Assembly (NCBI GenBank): GCA_004022145.1
Contig: RCNU01000009.1
DNA: 26,813 nt
Origin: Paecilomyces variotii
Lineage: Eukaryota
Reading direction: 5' to 3' (one strand)
Below are positions 10,747-21,483 of the stretch, piece by piece. The translations under genes and the position numbers were made by a program. Positions within the stretch are counted from its first letter, which is position 1; the number at the start of each line of letters is the position of its first letter. The notes beneath the pieces are model-generated. The model worked only from the letters and a program-made list of their open reading frames with translations, had not been told where the DNA came from and did no database searches.

Positions 10747-12341
10747 AGTTAAAAAGAATAAGTTTAAATAAATTTCTTAAACTATTATACTAGCTTAAAT
10801 AAGTATAATACTTAGAGAAAGAGAATATTAGCTTATAGTATAGATATAAAGCTATATCTTTAATATATATTCTTTAAGATAATAGAATAGTAAAAAAAGA
10901 AGCTTAAGAATAAATCTTTTTAAATCTTTAATTTAATTATAGTAAGATTATAATAATTATATAATTTTTAATTTAATTATAGTAAGAATATAATAGTTAT
11001 ATAAAGTTTTAACTATTATTTTATAATACTTCTCTTTAATTTAAACTTATTATATTAATTAATTCTAGCTAATTTAAAAATCTTAAGAAGTTTATTTTTA
11101 ATAATAGTTTAATAATAGTTTAATAAAGTTATTTATTATTATATTCTATATTTTCGGGATATAGCTCGGCCCCGGCTAGGCCGAGGTATATGCCCCTATA
11201 TTTTAATAAACTTTATATTAATTCTATTTCTTTAATATAAGTCTTATATATAGTAATATATAATATTAATATATTTTAACCTTTTATAAATATAGGTATT
11301 TCTAATTAATAATAATAATATTTAATTATCTTTAAAGACTTTAACTAAAAAGCTTATAATAAAGGCTTATTTCTCTCTTATTATTAGTTTAAATTTATTT
11401 AGACTAATATAGTATCTATATTCTATATCTTTTAAAAGAAGAGCTAACTACTAAGATTATTTTATAGCTTAATATATAGCTATATATTTTACTTTTATAG
11501 TTAAGATTATAATAAATTTTTATTTTTTATTTAATTAGCTTATTAAGTAGCTAGTTAAAATAAAAATATTCTCTAAGATTAATATCTAGTTAGACTTATT
11601 TATTATATAATTTAAATTTAAATACTTAATAAGTTATTAGTCTTTATTTATATTAAATTTAAGATTAAGATATATACTTAATTAAAGATATCTTATTAAG
11701 GATTTTAATATCTTAAAGTACCTTTTAAATAAATTTAATAAATATTAGCTTAATCTATTAACTGTAAATATAATATTTAGTCTTATTAAAATTATTAAGT
11801 AAATAAGGCTATTAATAATTTTCTAATATTCTCTTTAACTTATTCTTTTATCTTAAGAGCTAAATAGCTTTAAATAATTATATCTATTTAATAGAATATT
11901 AATTAAATATACCTTTTCTTTATTTATTTTATATTTTAATAAGAGTTTCTCAATATAGTAAGATTAATCTATTATTAATATTTAGTCTTTCTTATTTTAA
12001 ATAATTTATATATTAAGAATCTTTTTTATTTCTCTTAAGTCCTTTATCTTATATATTATTTTAAACTGCTATTTAAATTAATAAATATTCTTTATTTACT
12101 TTATACTAATTAAGATATTATTAATATATATTAAGATTAAAATTTCTTTCTTTAAGTATTATAATAAATATAGATTAATATTAGTTTATATAAAACTTAT
12201 TATTTAAAGTATCTCTATATAAGTTTAATTTTAATCTCTTATTACTTATTTTAAGCTATATAAAGATTAAAAGACTTTAAATATTATTTTTAATAATATA
12301 TTTATTCTTAATAAAGCTATTATATAAATTTTCTTCTTTAA
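10747..12341 (-). mobile_element. Second, diverged, 5'-truncated copia copy (3' LTR 10747-11028, RNase H and C-terminal RT)
   Basis: 11029-12341 is colinear with ~5605-6856. The LTR shares the start agttaaaaagaataagttta and the end ttttataata with the element A LTRs. Homology stops inside RT. Confidence 0.88.
11155..11195. mobile_element. 41-bp minimal derivative of the 14844-21483 TIR element, with 9-bp TSD
   Basis: ctatatttt (11146-11154) | cgggatatagctcggccccggctaggccgaggtatatgccc | ctatatttt (11196-11204). The paralogous copia position (~5711-5719) has a single ttatatttt. The sequence is identical to both ends of the large element. Confidence 0.92.
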
Positions 12342-12626
12342 GATATTATTAATAAACTATTAAAATATTACTAGTATTTCTATTAAGCTAAATAATATTA
12401 TTAATAATTTAAATAAGCTAAATTAAGTATAGAAAATAATTAGATATTCTTATCTTTTTTTAATATAAAGGTTATTAAATATAAAAATAATATTAATCTT
12501 TATAAAATACTTTATTTCTTTTAAATTATTTAAGATTTTCTTAATTAAAGATAAAAGGTATTAATCTTTAATAATTATTATATTTAAAGCTTAATAATTT
12601 ATATAGATTTATATTTCTTTATTAAG

Positions 12627-14330
12627 TATTATAATACTAGTATAAAAGATAAAAGAGTTTTAAAGAAAGCTATTTTAAGGTATTTTAATAAGATAATTAA
12701 TTTATTAGCTAATACTTACTTAATCTAGAAGAGTAAGGTTTAAACTTTTTTAAATTATATAAAGAATTATATAATTTTATAAAGATATCTTTAATATATA
12801 GCTTAATTTAAATTTAAGCTTTTTAAGCTATATCTTATTTATTAAGCTTACTTATAATAGCTTATTTTAGTTTAAATTAGCTAAATAAAGATTCTATAGC
12901 TAGCTCTAGTATTAATTACCTTATTTTATTTATTTTAACTTACTTCTTAAGCCTATATTTTAATATTATATAGCTCTTTATTTAGGAGTTAATATTATTA
13001 ATAATATTTACCTTAATTTCTTTATTTCTACTAATTATTTTAAATAAGTTTATTAAATATATTATTATTAGCTATAAGCTAGAATAATATAAATATTATT
13101 ACTTAATATATAAATATATTAATAAAGCTAAGACTATTATAAATAAAATAAGCTATTAAGCTAAAATATACTTTTAAAAATTTTGATAAGAATTTATTAT
13201 TATTTAATAAAAACTTAAATAAAAAATTATTAAACTTAAGACTATTTAATAATATTAGAAAACTTAATTTTAAAAAAAGAAATAATAGTATATTTAAGCT
13301 ATCTTTAAAAGGAATTAAGCTTATTATATAATTATATTTATTATAAATATATCTTTATTTATATTTAAACTTAAGCTTAATATTAAGAGACTTATAATTA
13401 TTTTAATAGAAATATTTAAAATATTTATTATTATATTTTCTTTTACTCCTAGACTTTTAAAATAACTCTTAGATTTAAATAAATTTAAAGATAATTAAAA
13501 GAATCTTTAGTATTTTATAGCTTAAATCTAAAGAAAAATAATAATTAATTAAGATTAATTTTTAATTTCTTAAAGCTATATAGCTTATATAATTAATTAT
13601 TTAAAGAATATATCTTATATTTAAATATTACTTTATATTAAGAATAAAACTTATACTCTTAATAATTATTAGGAGATTTTAAATATTTTAAAGTATATAT
13701 TTAATAACCTTAATTATATAAATAATATATATAATAAGTTATTTAATCTTTATTAAATTAATAAGGAATTTAAAATTTTTTTTATTAAATTTTAGCGCCT
13801 AGTATTAAAAAGAGAAATATTTAAAGAAATATTATTTATTTTACTTAAATAAGCTATTAATTAAAAATTTTAAGAAATATTATTATATAATTAGTCTTTA
13901 AGCTATAAATATTATTAATTTATTAAATTTCTATAAGATCTTAAGAATTATTACTATTAGTATATTATAAATTAGCCTTTTATTATAAAAATTTATACTA
14001 TTATTTTAAGATTTATTTAATATATTTAATCTTTTTTATTTATTTTAAATCTTATCTTTATTATAAGAATTAATAGCTAGCCTTAAAGAAATTTAATTTA
14101 AAAAGATAAACTAATCTTAATATAATAATATAACCTTATAAATTTAAATATATTTAAATATTTAAATAAAAGAGAATATAGCTTATTATATTATAAAATT
14201 AATATTTATTTTTATTATAACTTCTTAAAATATTATATTAAGAATTATTTATATTTAGATAATTATTAGAAGATTTAAATTATAGCTATATATAAACTCT
14301 ATCTTTAAACTCTTTAAATAATTTAGTTCT
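12627..14330 (+). mobile_element. Ty3/gypsy retrotransposon fragment: 5' LTR (ends 12965; start uncertain, 12627 or ~12344) plus gag; pol not seen
   Basis: The LTR end is defined by the inverted copy at 5281/10746; a gag relic follows immediately. Confidence 0.8.
12992..14330 (+). pseudogene. Gypsy gag relic with CCHC zinc knuckle
   Basis: One frame reads RLLK*LLDLNKFKDN*KNL*YF..SYIAYIINYLK..FFIKF*RLVLKREI, de-RIPping to [46 protein letters not shown]. A DPMDL-like motif lies near 14135, and CX2CX4HX4C spacing (TGT/CAT>TAT) at 14207-14248. Confidence 0.85.
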
Positions 14331-14843
14331 TAAACTTATATTAATATAGAAAAGGCACTAATAAAGAGGATAGTATAAGAAGCTATATAAGAACTTAAAC
14401 TATAAGGTATAACTAAGTATAGAGAATAGAAGTATTATAGAATAATCTAGTACTATATAAATAAAACTATAGTATATATTATATTAAGAAATAAAGAGGT
14501 ATTAATCTAGATATATAATATAGTTAAGAGAATAGGCTAACTATAGTTTTAACTATATAATATTATTATATAATATAGTTATAAATTCCTTATAATATAT
14601 AATTAAAGCCTAATATTAATATTCTCTACTAATATTAAAAAGAAAGAAAAGAATATAATAAATATTATAAATTAGTACTAATAATAGGAGAGAAAAGATA
14701 AAAGAAAGATAATTATAAAAATATATATAAATCCCTTAATAGTAATTATTTTTTAGGCTTAAATTTATAGAGATTATATTATTAACTAAATATATAAGAA
14801 TAGAAGTAAATATTAAGATAGAAGTATTAATATTATACTTTTA

Positions 14844-14883
14844 CGGGATATAGCTCGGCCCAGCCGGGGCTAAGCTTAGCCTA
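14844..14883 (+). repeat. Left TIR
   Basis: CGGGATATAGCTCGGCCCAGCCGGGGCTAAGCTTAGCCTA vs reverse complement of the right end GGGCATATACCTCGGCCTAGCCGGGGCCGAGCTTAGCCTA (34/40 match). Confidence 0.9.
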
Positions 14884-15441
14884 TCTGAAAAGCTCAGCCT
14901 ACCTAAGAAAAATCTAGGTTTAGCTCAGACACTAAGTTAGTTTCAGTATAGCATTTAGGTAGGCTTAGCATATATATAACTTATATAACTTATAATAAAG
15001 TTTTTATATTATATTGCAGTAAACTATATTTATTAAAAATTATATATAGTATATGCTCTATGCGTATTACAGCATATATTAAGTATAGGTTAAAGTAATA
15101 TTGGGATATATATAGGAAGCTAAAACTGATATTATTCTGTATAGTTTACTAAGGCGGTATATATAAAGGCAGTTATTAAGTATATGCTAAAGTAATATTA
15201 GAATCCTGTTATATAAAAGTTTATATTATTTATATTATTTTTAACCTCCTTAATAATGCCTTTACCTTGCCTTTATAGTATTATAGTCCACTCTCTTATA
15301 TTATTATTATATAATTATAAAAATACTATTATATTTAAAGGAATTCCTTATTTATAATATAGTTTTATTAATAGATAATCTAATAAACTATAAGTATTAC
15401 TATAGTAAGTATATTTTTACTTAATATTAAATATATACTAA

Positions 15442-16230
15442 ATAAAAATAGGCCTAATTCCTAATCTAAATCTAATATAGATCCTAAACTTATATACTGC
15501 AGCTAAGCAGGAAAATAAGAAATTTAATAAGCAGATATTGCGTATATGCTAAAAGCGCGCTAAATATAGATAGTGCCTATAATTATTATTAAGAAAAATG
15601 CCTATATACTAATCTTTAAGTTTTCTATTTTAAGTATAAATAGGAATATATAAGTCTTTTTTTTAAAATTAACTAAGTATATACTAAGCTTCTATAGTTA
15701 CTAAGTATAAATAAATATAAATAGCCTATTTATATGCAGCAAGGTTATTAATTTATAGCCTGCTATAAGTCTGATATAAGTTTTATATATATATAATATG
15801 CTGATAATTAAAGTTATAATATTATATAAGGACTATATACCCGGGGGCGAGTATATTATTATCCTTAATATATATTAGATATATATTAATCTGCTATAGC
15901 ATTAAATTATAATATAGAGACTAATAATATAACTATAAATAAAAAGATAATTAGGCTATAATAAGTTTAAGATCTATTTTATATATATTAAAGCTATGCT
16001 AATAATATATAGTACGCTAATTAAATATATTTTACTTAGCAAGTAGTAAGATACTGATTTTATTTATAAATTATAATAAGTCTTAAGCATATATAAAGCT
16101 TATATTAAGATAATATTTCTTCTAGTATAGGAAGTATACTAATTAAGGATATTACTATATTTTATAAAAAAATAGCTTATACTAATAATAAGTTTAGAAA
16201 CAGCTATAAGAGCTAGTTTTATTAAAAAGT
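15442..16230 (+). pseudogene. Possible second gene relic inside the TIR element, convergent with the transposase; product unknown
   Basis: One plus frame keeps protein-like stretches (LYTAAKQENKKFNKQILRIC*KRAKYR*CL; GLYTRGRVYYYP) and ends at a GTAAGT donor near 16229. No family recognised. Confidence 0.3.
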
Positions 16231-17350
16231 AAGTTTAATATATATTAATATATAAATAGGATCTATATGCTATCTTTTTTATTATTTATATTGCTATTTA
16301 TATTATTATTTATATATAACTTATAACTCTTAGCAGGCTTTTTAGATATATTTAATATATGCCTAATATTAACTTTAACTAATCTTAGCCTTTATTCTAG
16401 TATCTTATACCTTTATTAACTCTGTCTCGCAAGCACATAGTAAGTATACCCCTACTTATATTATATATATATTAACCTTATATAAATTAAAAATATCTTA
16501 TTATTATAAGATAATAATAATAGAAGTAATAGTAAATAGCCTTTTAATTTATCCTATATATATATTAAACTAGATTATAATATAAATCCTGCCTCAACTC
16601 TATTAAAGCATAGATAGTCTATATCTTATAATAAATATATAAATAGATATATTACTAATAAAGAAATACTAACTAAATTAAAATATAGTTATACTTATAG
16701 TTATAACTATAAATATCCTTATAGCACTAATAGCCGCAGTGCTAAGTCTACTAATAAGTTTTTCCCTTTTATATATAGAATATATGCTAAGTTTATATCT
16801 ATAAATTATAATCTTTTTTTTTAAGAATAAGTTTTCAGAGGCCTTAAATATATAAATATTTAAACTTAGCTCTCCTCTAAGCATATGCTTAATACTAAAC
16901 TTTGGTTTAATATTAAGCTCTTATACTTAAAGACTGTTTTTCTATATCTTTAAATAATTATAATATAATATTCTTTATTTTTTTATTTATTCTTATTGTA
17001 GGGGAAAAAGAAATATATATATATATTTATTATATAACTATAGCTATATAAATATATATATTTATTATATAAACTGCTATAATAATCCTTCTCTTTCTTA
17101 CTTAAATTCTTATTACCTTTACTTTATTATTTCTCTTAATTAAATAGTAAAATTAGTCTTTGTTATTTCTTTTAATAAGGGTCCTCTGCTATAGTATATA
17201 TAAGCTCTATTTTATCTAGAATTTATATTTAACTCCTAGATAATATATGCCAGATATAGAATTAGTATATACTTTAAATTAGAACTAGCAGAGCTATTTA
17301 AATCTAATAAAGGGGTTTAAACCCTTTTAAGTATTAAAATAGTATTAAAT

Positions 17351-18025
17351 TAAACCTAGCCTTAAATATAACTAAAACCTTTAAATCTACCCCTTCCTTA
17401 ACTTCTGTTTAGTATATACTCTTTACTTAATCTATATTAAGAAATATAATCTGAGTCTGATTTTTTAGAGCTTAGCTTAATCTACTTAGTCTTAGATTAA
17501 ATCTGGCTTTAATAATAACTAGAATCTTTAAGTCAACCCCTTTCTTAATCTTTATTTAATATATGCTCTATATTTAATCTGCATTAAGAATAATAATTTA
17601 AGTCTAATTTTTTAGAGCTTAGCTTAGTTTATTTAATTTTAAATTAAACCTAGCTTTAATAATAACCAAAATCTCTAGGTTAACTTCTTTTTTAATCTTT
17701 ATTTAATATATGCTTTATATTTAATCTGTATTAAGAATAATAATCTGAGTTTAATTTTTTAGAGCTTAGCTTAGTTTATTTAGTCCTAGATTAAACCTGG
17801 CTCTAATAATGACTGGAACCTCTAGGTCGATCTCTTTCTTAATCTCTTTTTTAATTTTTATTTAATATATACTCTGCATTTAATCTATATTGAGAATAAT
17901 AATTTGAGTTTAATTTTTTAGAGCTTAGCTTAATCTGCTTAGTCTTAGATTAAACCTAGCTCTAACAATAACTAGAATCTTTAGGTTAACCCTTTTCTTA
18001 ATCTTTGTTTGGCATATATTCTATA
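17351..18025 (-). repeat. 147-bp tandem repeat, ~4.5 copies, probably a coding 49-aa repeat
   Basis: Units start at 17351, 17498, 17645, 17792 and 17951. The anchor agagcttagctta lies at 17467, 17614, 17761 and 17920 (spacing 147, 147, 159). Confidence 0.9.
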
Positions 18026-18239
18026 GATATTTTATTTTTAGCCGGTATATATTTAGTAAAAGGTTTAAATAAAGATATTAAAACAACCTTAAAATTAGCA
18101 TCTTTATTAGAAGATTGATTATTACTATTATTTAAAGATATATTATAGGGATTATTAAGATTAAATAATAAATAAGATTAATTTATTTAATAATTAACAG
18201 CTCTTTAATTCTATTAGTCTAAAAGATATATTTAGCATA

Positions 18240-21200
18240 TATTTAAAGGTATATTAAACTTTTATCTTATTATTTCTCTATATTTATTAGGAGATCTATA
18301 TAGTATTACTATAGTTTCGCTATATATTATTAATATTATAGCTAAAAAGCTCTTATTATTTAGTAATATTTTCTATATATTATTATAGACTAAATATAAA
18401 TTAGCCTTATTAGTATTTAATCTATGCTAGATAGATATTAAATATATATTAAATATAAATATATTATTAAATAGCCCCCAATAAAGATAGGTTTCTCCCT
18501 ATATTATAATTATCTTAGAAGTGACTATTTTTAGATAATCTAGTATACTTTTGAGTATAACTCTATTATTTAAAAGAGATTTTTAATATTTCCTGTAATA
18601 ATATAGTAAGAATCTATAATTTTATTTTATTTTAAAGCTATTTTTTAGTATCTGGATATTCCTTACCCTATTAATATATAGTTTGAAGGATTTCTTAGTA
18701 AGAATATAAATCCCATAGATATTTTAATTAATAGATAAGGGGATAGAATTTTTTAAACTTCTTATAAAAATTATATTTAATATATGTTTAGCAGAAGATA
18801 AATATATGCTTAAGATATTTTTACTAGTTAAAAGAAGGATAAATAGAATATAAGTAGTTACTAAAGCTTAAATATATTTAGCATATATTTTGTATTTATT
18901 AAGATAATACTAATTAGGTGCTTATTTTTTATATATATCTATAGTAACAGTCTATATCCCTTTTTTATTTAAAATATGTGCCTATTAAATATATTAATAT
19001 ATAGCTTATAATAATATTTGAAATAATAATTTAAATATTTAAAAATATATATAATAAGTTTATAGAGAGATAAAAGTATAGCAATAGGTATTAATTCTTA
19101 ATATAAAGTTAGTATATACTAAATATATAATAAGGAGAAGTTAAATATATATCTAGCTTTAGAATTCTAGCTTGAGATTAAAAAGATATTTATATTTCTA
19201 AGTATTATTTTATAAGCTAAATCTATTTTAAGATATTTAGCTTTTATAAATGCTTTTATTTAAATATTTATATAATAAATAATAATATATTCTCTAGTTT
19301 TATTAATATTAACTGTATAAATCTATTATTTATTACTTTTTTTGCGTTAGTTAAACTTATACTCTTATATAATCCCTATATAATATTAGTATATATAAAA
19401 TATATAGTAAGAATAGATTCTAATTAGTAATATCTAAACTAAATAGGTATTGCAGAAGTTTTTGTTTTTAAATTAAATAAATAATTTTATTCTTAATATT
19501 TAAAGAAGCTCTAATTAAATTTAAAGCTTAACCTTAATACTTTTGCTTAAATATATATATTTTAGGAGATATTAAGAATTTATCTATAAGTATCTGGTCA
19601 GCATATATAAAATATAGGCTTAAGGTATATATAATATATATGTAGTTATAGTAAGAATATTTTCTTAATTAATTAAATCTATAAGTTCTTAAATAAAATT
19701 TTAACTCAACTTAGTTAGTAATAGAGGAAAATATATATAATCTTTTTAATAAATAAGAAGGATAAAAAGAAAATAATCCTAATTATAAAGAATAAAAATA
19801 TTAATTAAAGCATTATATTCTTTATATAGGACTTTAGATATACCTTAAGAATAGTTGAATCTTAGACCTATAGTTAATATATGCCTAATATATATAGAGT
19901 AAATACTTACTATAAATTATATGCCTTAAAGTAGTATAGTTAATATAGGTATAAGTAAATTAAATAGGAGTATTAGTATTATATATCTTATAAGCTACTA
20001 AGGTATATAAATAAGGTATATAAATTTAAGCTATATATATAGAGATAGCTTATATAGTATATTATAGTTTAAAATCACTTATTAATAGGCAATTAATAAA
20101 GGTAACTAATAGCTAAGAATATATTTAGTATATGCCGAGATTAAATATAGAGTTAAATTTATTTTATACTATTTAAAAATTATTAGAGTTTGATTTAAAT
20201 ATATTTATATTTTATTTTCTAGATAAAAACAATGCCCTGCTAATTATTAATTCTAAAAATAAAGAAATCTATTATACTAATTTTTAGTTTTTTTTTTAAG
20301 AAATTTATTAGTAGAAGTAATATTGGATATATAGCCTATTTCTTTATAAAGTATTTTAAAGATATTTGGTTTAATATAGCTATATTTATAGTGTTATCTA
20401 AGTATATGCTCTAGTATATACTCGCAATATTTAATACCGCTGTATTTATATGCCTGATAATATATCTTGCTTTAAATTTTATCCTTTTTATCTTTTTAAA
20501 GAAGTAGAAGAGATAGGGTTTTATAATTGCCTTAAGTATAGAGCCTAAACTAGATTTAAGCTATATTTAGCATATGCTTATAATATATTAAATATCTGCT
20601 TAAGATAAGGTATAGATATATTTTTAATAAAAATTGTTAAAATATTTAATAGATATTTATATTAAAATAGTTATAAGATAAAGGATTTTTTTAGTAAATA
20701 AAATATAAGATATTATTAAAATAAGTTGTTAGATATTTAAGAATAAATAACTTATCCTAAATATTATTAATTATAATCTCAGAGATACTATTACAGCTAA
20801 TAATAATATTTATAAAAAAATAATCTCCTAGATATATTTAGTATATGCCCTGCTAGAACTTATATAAAAAAAATATATTTAATTAAATCCTATATAAAGA
20901 GGAAATTTAAGATATATCTTAAATTTTTTATTTTTGCTTTCTATATAGGAATAGATATTACTTTAATTACTTATTATATCCTTAAACTAGTTTAAATATG
21001 CTTTATAAAGGTTATAGTTTTATATAAGTTTGCTCTATAATAAATTAGCATCTAGTCTAAATATAATAGATATTAAGTATATACTCAGCATCTACTAGGC
21101 CTCTATAGGAATTATATTAATATACCCGGATAAGAATATTATATAGTTATTAATTAAGAATGCTATTAATTTGGCTATTAATTATAGTTATTTAATTCTT

Positions 21201-21260
21201 GGCTATTTTTAGGTATTTAGGGAAAAAGTAATAGTATTTAGCTTTATATTAGCTATTATA
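18240..21260 (-). pseudogene. Intron-containing MULE-like DDE transposase relic (ends approximate)
   Basis: In order on the minus strand: YSGIKYCE (CSGVKxCE, 20444-20421); YIYFPLLLTK (HTHFPPPPTK, ~19735); LKIDLAYK (D1, 19223-19221); GI*TVTIDIYKK*AP (D2, 18939-18937); HIFIFC*TY (CxxH, 18793-18782); KYTRLSKNSHF (E codon GAA>AAA, 18532-18530); GRNLSLLGAI. Blocks are separated by intron-sized gaps. Confidence 0.82.
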
Positions 21261-21443
21261 TATATATATATTATAAATTTTAAAGAGTTTTATTGTATAA
21301 ATATTATTATTAATTCTTAGATGGGCTAATCTTATATTAATTATACAATTAGCTTATGCTGAGCTTATACTTAATCTGTATATAAGGTGGGTTGAGCTTA
21401 ATTTAGCTAAGGATGAGCTTTAGGGTGGGCTAAGTTCCTAGAG

Positions 21444-21483
21444 TAGGCTAAGCTCGGCCCCGGCTAGGCCGAGGTATATGCCC
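21444..21483 (-). repeat. Right TIR
   Basis: taggctaagctcggccccggctaggccgaggtatatgccc; inverted match to 14844-14883. Confidence 0.9.

Larger units (their letters stand above)
14844..21483 (-). mobile_element. 6640-bp TIR DNA transposon, Mutator(MULE)/IS256-like, RIP-inactivated
   Basis: Imperfect ~40-bp TIRs (14844-14883 vs 21444-21483), subterminal repeats, and an internal D-D-CxxH-E transposase relic. The family TSD of 9 bp is shown by the 41-bp copy. The element is less RIPped than its flanks. Confidence 0.87.

Noticed and set aside
16678-16884. 68-aa ORF as a functional gene
   Set aside because: Lies in RIPped transposon DNA with I/K/Y-biased composition; at most a relic fragment.
17351-18025. 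CRISPR-like array
   Set aside because: Whole units repeat with no unique spacers, in a eukaryotic context with no cas genes.
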